This document shows positions 57,040 to 64,000 of a stretch of DNA of 64,000 nt, piece after piece. The translations under genes and the position numbers were made by a program. The number at the start of each line of letters is the position of its first letter. Position 1 is the stretch's first letter. This stretch comes from Octopus vulgaris (Eukaryota): NCBI GenBank assembly GCA_951406725.2, contig OX597822.1, positions 15,314,001 through 15,378,000 of the forward strand, in the 5' to 3' direction. A model generated the notes under the pieces. The model was given only the letters and a program-made list of their open reading frames with translations. It made no database searches and was not told the origin of the DNA.

Positions 57040-57440
57040 CAGCAGCTTTCTAAAATTCTTCACCATAGTTGCGTGGTTAAAAAGCTTTTCAACCACGGGG
57101 TTTCGACACCGCCATGAAGGCTTTTCGTTGAACAAACAGGCTTTAGGACTTATTTTCAAGAAATAATCTTGAAAATATTCTATCTGTCCCTTTCGCCAAA
57201 CTACTAATGTAACGGGTACCTGTAGATAAACCAACCCTGATTTTGAAGTGACAAACACGAACACACACATACATATGTTTATGCGACGGGTTTCCCTAAA
57301 GTTTCCCTCTTGCAAATTCACTTAGAAGGTGTTGATCGGCCTCGGACAATAGTGTAAAACATTTACCCGAAGTGCAGTGCAAGTGGACCTGAAACCACGT
57401 GACTGGAAATGGAATTCCTTATCCCTATATTCATACCCAT
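57040..57440 (-). mobile_element. Degenerate SINE pieces (same family as 60495)
   Basis: acaaacacga.acacacacat..cagtttcc-like..caaattcact..tcggcctcg..aatagt mirrors the family at 60495-61455. Confidence 0.55.
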
Positions 57441-57859
57441 AATCAAATCTGTAGTGATTAATAATTTACTTCATCGAACTGGCTTCTCGGGTGGTTGTTT
57501 AGGTATTTGCTTTTGATAAAATAAAATAATAATAGTAATAATAGTAATAACATTCCTTCTTTTAATGTCGGTGCTTTCCGTCCTACATTATGTCGTAGAA
57601 TATGGTTTCATGTCATAGATCTTGTCTCCAGTCTTCTGACATTATCGATAACATTTTTATATAATTTATAACTACAATGAATTTTATTCAAGTAATGCAT
57701 TTAGTCCATTTCTATAGATTTAGAATGTCATGTACTAATTGCATTGAATTTGTATTTATATTGCTCTAGAGATCGCTTTATTTGTCTATATAAATACTAT
57801 TAATTGGCGAGTGTGCGTTTTATTCCGTAGATTTTAAAGCTTGTACATGCTTTAGAAGG

Positions 57860-58675
57860 CCGAGTGGCAATGCACTCCTTGGTAGAGACATCACCTCAGC
57901 TTTTTGTTACCTGTGTAGAACATGACTACCTGTGTTTTTATCTTAAATGGAAAAAATAGTCCAAGAAGATGATTTAAATCAAAGAGAGGAGTTTTGCAGA
58001 AGTACTTGCTGAAGATGATGTACAGAACAAAGTATTGAGTGATGAGGTTAGATTTAAATCAAACGGCTGAATTAACGGCCAAAATTGCATCTACTGGGGA
58101 ACCGACAATCCGAATATTACGGAAGAAAATCTTGTTAATATACCTGGAGTAAGAATATGGTGTAGATTATCATCAGAAGGACTAATGGGACCATTGAGTT
58201 TGGGGGTGGTGACTGGGCCCAATTATCTCATGCGGCAAGCTGTTATTAATTATTCAAGTGGATTTTAAAAGTGTGGCGTTGTAATGGGTCATCCACGGGC
58301 ATATCCAGATTGACTGGAGATGAACGTTGTGTAGAATACACTCCGCATTCACAGGACTTCAGGTCACAAAACATTTTTTATGGGGATGCTTAAAATATAA
58401 ACTGTTTGGTACCAAACCGTCAACAATCCACGAATTGAGGGTAAGCAACCATTGAAAAAGAATGCTCACAAATACGGTAAGACATGCATATTTGCAACTT
58501 CATTGCTTCGTCTTATCTGCGGAGCATAGATATAGACGTTCATTATCTAATACAGTGGGAAATAACAGCATTAAATCCTGTGTGTAGATTCTGTTAAATT
58601 TTGGAAATTAAATGTATTTCAATAAACATTAACTTTATAAATTATTTAATGTGCGTACATATATTTTGGAGATAC
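57860..58675 (+). mobile_element. Decayed Tc1/mariner transposase
   Basis: SDEVRFKSNG.INGQNCIYWGTDNP..VNIPGVRIWC.LSSEGLMGP and later EYTPHSQDF..LWGCLK..KPSTIHEL. Confidence 0.8.
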
Positions 58676-60381
58676 TTTTCCCTCCCAGTCGCTATCTATC
58701 CGTGTGTGTGTGTGTGTGCGTGTGTATGTGTGTGTGTGTGTGTGTGTATGTAGGTTTCTGCGTCTCTCTGTGTGTAGGTGTCTGCGTGGGTTAGTGTCAA
58801 TAAGTGCTTGTGTAGGTGTGAATAGGTGTCTGTGTGTCTATGTGTCTATGTGTGTGAGAACATAGGAGTTGCTTGTATACTTCTGATCATGTGCTTCCCT
58901 ATATCAGGTTATATAATAGACAGAATTATACACACATACTGCCTTGAATGGGTAGCTGAAAGCCGGGAATACATTCATAGATCGATATTTATTTTCTGTT
59001 GTTGATATAAATTATGCTCTTGGCGTATTCTCATTATTTCTTATAATATCCCATGTAAAAACGAGCAGCGAAATAAAGTAAAGCTGTGCTATATTCACGT
59101 CTGAATAGATGAATACTTCAGAATAATGGGAAATGAAATGAATAACACGGGGAAAGAACTAACTGAAGAGTTTTTACATTAAATACGATAAGATGCAGTC
59201 GGTACAGCAACGTTCTCGAACAAAAACAAAAAGTGAAAATCGAATACATTGTTATTATTCAGGAATTTTCCATAACGTTATTGAATATCGAATGACACCG
59301 AAATGTAATATATGGAAACGGAAGGAAAGTCTATACGTTGTTAGAATATACCTAGTATTCTGCTTAAAGCAAGGATCTAATTATTATTTGGCACGTATAA
59401 CCAGGCTGAGAGCAGTTAACACTATCGATATACATTGAGTTAAGAAATGCTATAAGACCAGTGAAGTACCATAAAAAGTTCGTAAGACGTGTTCTTATTG
59501 TTAAGACCAAGATGCATATAGCTGGAGAGAATTTATGCGTTGGTCATTATTGTCATAAAAAGGAAGCTCACTTTATAGCTATCTATTGCAACCGTTTTGA
59601 ATATGGAGACAAAAGATCGGGAAACTAATTATGTATACAATGGAAATGAATGGAGACGACAAACTTGTATAGAAAAGGAAAAAATTATAACCTGATATCA
59701 ATGTAGTGTAAGAATTAAATGAAATCTCCAAAGCATACATATTAGCAAAATGTCAAACGATCCTAAAGGTATACGGATTGTTTTTGGTAATGGACATTGT
59801 CATGGTTATAGAAATTGGTTGTCACTTGAAATAAACGGGACATTATAAATACATTACAGAACTTTTGGAAATGAACTCTGTGTACAGAAAGACTAATACA
59901 CATATATTGCTGTGTACGTGTGAGTACATGTGTGTGTGTATACATGTGTGAATATATATATACATATATGCACACACATATATAATGTATATATTTATGA
60001 TGAACAGTCCATAGTTAAAAGACAAGGCTACATACACACATCCAACACTCGCCATCAGTCTCATGAGATTTCATACAATCGAACTGTAGTCTTTTCACAT
60101 TACTTATTTCTGGATCATTAAAATATTGGAAGGAAAAAGAAAAACAACATTAGTGCTAAAAAACAGACTTGAAAGAAGAGCTCGTCTGATTTTCTTCCTT
60201 ATATGACAAGTTAGATAGCTGTCAATATTACAGAATTCCTCTCAGATTAATTAGTTTGTTATTTTGGCCATATTTGATATATTTTCATATATCATGTATA
60301 CTCTGAGAGTACAATATACACAGCGGCACTATATGCACTTATAATATAAATACATACATACGTTCATACATTCATATTCAT

Positions 60382-60481
60382 CCACGTTGAAAGCACCGGT
60401 TCTCGTCCGATCACCGAAGTTAAGCAACATCGAGCTTAGTGAGTATAGATGGGTGACCACTTAGGAAACCTAGGTGCTGTA
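60382..60481 (+). pseudogene. 5S rRNA pseudogene lacking the first ~13 nt
   Basis: ccacgttgaaagcaccggttctcgtccgatcaccgaagttaagcaac..gatgggtgacc..ggtgctgta matches invertebrate 5S rRNA; the 3' half is mutated and there is no oligo-T terminator. Confidence 0.9.
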
Positions 60482-60666
60482 ATCATTAAAAAAAGGCGCA
60501 GAAGTGGCTGTGTGGTAAGTAGCTTGCTTACCAGCCACACGGTTCTGGGTTCAGTCCTATTGCGTGGCATCTTGGGCAAGTGTCTTCTACTATAGCCTCG
60601 GGCCGACCGAAACCTTGTGAGTAGAATTTGTAAACGGAAACTGTATAGTATATATGTATGTGTGTG

Positions 60667-60751
<85 letters not shown>

Positions 60752-60755
<4 letters not shown>

Positions 60756-61176
60756 GTAAACAAAGTCAAATGCGATACAATAAAATTAATTATTATCGCC
60801 GGTGTTCTCGCACACGCCATATATTATTCATATATAAGTACATTAAAAGGCGAAGTGTGTGCTAGATACACAAAAGCTGGATAAATTTAATGAGATGAAA
60901 ATTAAAAACTTTTACAAACTTAGTTCTTCTTATACTGCAGTTTCGCCTATTTCAGCAATAAAAATAATATTTATTTACTCAGGTAGGCTCTTCAGTAAGA
61001 TTCCTGTTATTATGGGAAGCGCACATCAATAGAGGCACATGCGTCTATTAAATTGCTCTTTCTAAACTATTCAAATCACTGCGCAGACTCAGAACGTACC
61101 CGACAAAATAGGGTTTTCTGGTATATCGTCTAACGCTCAAAAATTTATCTAGAAAATACGTAAACAAAGTCAAATG

Positions 61177-61181
<5 letters not shown>
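60752..61181 (-). mobile_element. Retrozyme-like monomer (404-bp period, 26-bp terminal redundancy) within (TA)n
   Basis: atacgtaaacaaagtcaaatgcgata at 60752-60777 and 61156-61181; internal HHR. Confidence 0.75.
60928..61000 (-). ncRNA. Type I hammerhead ribozyme, canonical core
   Basis: Minus strand: tctta-CTGAAGA-gccta..taggc-GAAAC-tgca-GTA-taaga. Confidence 0.9.
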
Positions 61182-61215
<34 letters not shown>

Positions 61216-62077
61216 TGTGTGTATATGTATGCATGTGTGTGTGTGTGTGTTTGTGTCTGTGTTTGTCCCCCCAACATCGCTTGACAACCGATGCTGGTGT
61301 GTTTACGTCCACATAACATAGCGGTTCGGAAAAAAGACCGATAGATTAAGTACTAGGCTCCCAAAGAATAAGTCCTGTGGTCGATTTGCTCGACTAAAGG
61401 CGGTGCTTCAGCATGGCCACAGTAAAATGACTAAAACAAGTAAAAGAGTAAGAGAGTATATATATGCTTCTATACAGTTACATTGTTATAAAACAGACAT
61501 GGAAGTCTATTTATATATAGTCGTAAACGCGGCATTGGATATGTTCTTTAATAATCTAAAGTTGAAATATAGAGAAAAAAAATCATAGAAAAATGTTTCA
61601 CTTCTGAGCAAAACACAATAAAGCAGATGGCTCTCAATTAAGGTCGGTTAGGGACAACTGAGAACAACAACTTAGGATGAGATCAATAAAAGCAACGGTT
61701 TGGTATACGTATGAAGGGTTTGTGGGTTATTGTAACTAATATAGCGATAGTGCATTCATAGAAGAAACGGAAGAGAGGAGGAAAGACAGGATGAGATTGA
61801 GTCGGAGGGAGAGAAACGGAGAGAGAGAGAAAAGGTATAAAATTCTGAAATCTTCAAGTTTATGTTTCTCAATTACAACACAATTGATGTGTTTCCTACG
61901 GAGGAACGGACATATATATATGTGTGTGTGTGTGTACATGTACACGTATATACATACATATATCTGTACTCGCTAGCATGCATATATAGTACATTTATAT
62001 ATATATATATATATATTGCATCTAACTTAAGTACCATATTCATTTGAATCTAAATTTTGCTGAACTTATATATATAA

Positions 62078-62151
<74 letters not shown>

Positions 62152-62582
62152 CACCTATTTGCGTGTGTTTGTGTGTGTATGTATGCATGTATGTGTATCT
62201 AACCCAGTACAACATGTTGTATGGCCGGATCGTGGGTGAGTAAACTAGCAACTCCATCAACCTCGCTTGCTGACGAGGGTGGTTGTTGGAAACCCTTCAG
62301 GACAAGAAATAAGACCTGTCAAAGGGCGGAACAGCTCATGAGCAGTCAACGGGCATCCAACAATATGTGTGTATGTGTATATATGGGTTCGTATCAAGGC
62401 GTGCGGTTGGCCCTTGTCCACGTTCAGAGAGTGGGATTAGATTTGTTCAAGTAACAAAAAAAAACATCATGCATCACTCGTAAAAATTAAGATCTATCAT
62501 AAAAATGTCTGCTCCTATATTTTGTATGTGTAGGACATTCGATCAGGTGATGGCAATACACGAACATGAGGTTGCAGCAATC

Positions 62583-62585
<3 letters not shown>

Positions 62586-62615
<30 letters not shown>

Positions 62616-62720
62616 TGTATGTATGTATGTATGTATGTATGTATGTATGTATGTATGTATGTATGTACGTATGTATGTATGTATGTATGTATGTATGTAT
62701 GTACGTATGTATGTATGTAT
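62586..62720. repeat. (TATG)n microsatellite
   Basis: Directly visible. Confidence 0.97.
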
Positions 62721-62902
62721 AGAGTAACACTCAGGCAATAATTATTTTCCCTAATGAGTTTGTATGTGTTTGTATAGATGTGTGTGATTGTAGTAATTAT
62801 TTGTAACACAACAGCATAATCATAACTAACGATTCAAAACACGATGCTGCTCCAACATGACCGTATGGTTGAAAGAAATAAAAGAATAAATGAGTAAAAG
62901 AA

Positions 62903-62934
<32 letters not shown>

Positions 62935-62976
62935 CTGTGCGTGTGTGTGTGTGTGGGGGGGGTGTATCTATGTATA

Positions 62977-63295
62977 CTAGCTTGCCCCGTGCCGTCAAAG
63001 ATGACGGCTAATTGTAGTAATTTAAATATAAATAACGTACAAAACCAACTTTTTACTTTAATAAATCTTTGCACCCTTAGTGGTTAGCCATACTGAGATG
63101 GCAAATATACCTCACTTTGCCGTGCAGTTACTGTTTATACCTCATTCAGAGATTTATTATTGCTTGCATACACTTTTTCAAGATCAGTGACGAAAAGTTA
63201 CTGGAAAAAGGATATAAATATTTGCATTGGGAACTCCTTTCATCGAAAACCGGTGTTTTGACTCGTCTAGGGACCCCTCTTTCATCTGCGTATTG
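62977..63295 (-). mobile_element. Putative Helitron 3' end
   Basis: Minus-strand hairpin gccgtca.tctt.tgacggc followed by CTAG|T; shares gtggttagccat..tgagatggc with the Helitron at 43722. Confidence 0.5.
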
Positions 63296-63299
63296 AGAA

Positions 63300-64000
63300 G
63301 TTAGCTGCCTATTTTGTTGAGTGAGTTCGTTTTTTGTTCGTCGTTGTTTGTGTTTGCTCGTGAATTGAACAGTTGTCCGTTGTGTGACAGTAATTTTCGC
63401 CCTACGGGGCTCAAAATTCTGTGTATAAACATTGTTATTACCTTCGGGGTAATTTTTTTTTTTTTTTTTAAATTGGTTCTCATAATTTGAGAAGTGGAGT
63501 TCGACTTGGCGTCGAGGATCGACTTTCCCGTGATGGGAAAAGGCGAACAGAAGGATATCGAGGTTAGAAAACAGTCTTTTTCGGCCGCAGTGGGCGGAAC
63601 CGTAACGGAAGTGGAATTCAAAATAGAACAGTTGTTCGAATACCGGAACTTGGTCAAAAAGAAGGCAACGAAATAAAACTGGTACCGCCGCAAGCGATAT
63701 TACAGGAAATAAAGGCCAAGACAGTGGTGTACAAGGTTTACAGTAACAAAGAGAAAAAAATAATAGACGTGAAGAACGAAATAGTAGAGAAGTGCTTGTC
63801 CCCGGTGAGGAGCAAAATTCGCTACGTCGGTCGACGTGTCCGCAGCGCTACCGTTGAAGCACATTTCGACTCGGCTGATGTGGCAAGAGAGATTTCATCG
63901 ATGACCGTAAAAAGTGAGGACATCATGTTACTACCTACCTATATGGGCAAAAGAACTACGAAACTATATGTGGAAGACATACCAAGAGGATATGATATAA
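63300..64000 (+). mobile_element. 5' end of a Tx1-like LINE: 5' UTR plus ORF1 with one apparent frameshift, running off the window
   Basis: ATG at 63533 (MGKGEQ..QSFSAAVGG), then another frame open from 63568 to 64000 (RTVVRIPE..TVVYKVY..TVEAHF..LPTYMGKRTTKLYVEDIP), resembling RRM-like Tx1 ORF1 proteins. Confidence 0.6.

Larger units (their letters stand above)
60495..61455 (+). mobile_element. tRNA-derived SINE with an internal microsatellite, interrupted by a 430-bp insertion
   Basis: Head ggcgcagaagtggctgtgtggtaag..gggttcagtcc; 3' half 61245-61455 ends ggcggtgcttcagcatggccacag..aaacaagtaaaagag. Confidence 0.85.

Noticed and set aside
60382-60481. Functional 5S rRNA gene
   Set aside because: The 5' end is missing, the box C region is mutated, there is no oligo-T terminator, and it is an isolated copy.

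Overview
AT-rich, microsatellite-dense eukaryotic DNA. The repeat content suggests an octopus or other coleoid cephalopod intergenic or intronic region (inference). No intact host gene can be supported, and most listed ORFs are translations of simple repeats. The window is a nest of decayed mobile DNA: R4/Dong-type fragments next to (TAA)n, a Tx1-like LINE inside (GATA)n, a Tx1-like ORF1 running off the right end, Penelope-like elements (PLEs; RT plus GIY-YIG), CR1/L2-like and Hero-like LINE pieces, Tc1/mariner remnants, Helitrons, many tRNA-derived SINEs, a 107-bp minisatellite and a 5S rRNA pseudogene. The most notable signal is about ten type I hammerhead ribozyme (HHR) motifs in unrelated small elements, most of them next to (TA)n. 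Their cores include C3-G8, A3-U8, G3-C8 and a degenerate U3-A8, i.e. all four Watson-Crick versions of the catalytic 3-8 pair. One HHR lies in a tRNA-headed SINE-like unit and one in a terminally redundant 404-bp retrozyme-like monomer. All alignments and folds were done by eye, so boundaries are approximate.
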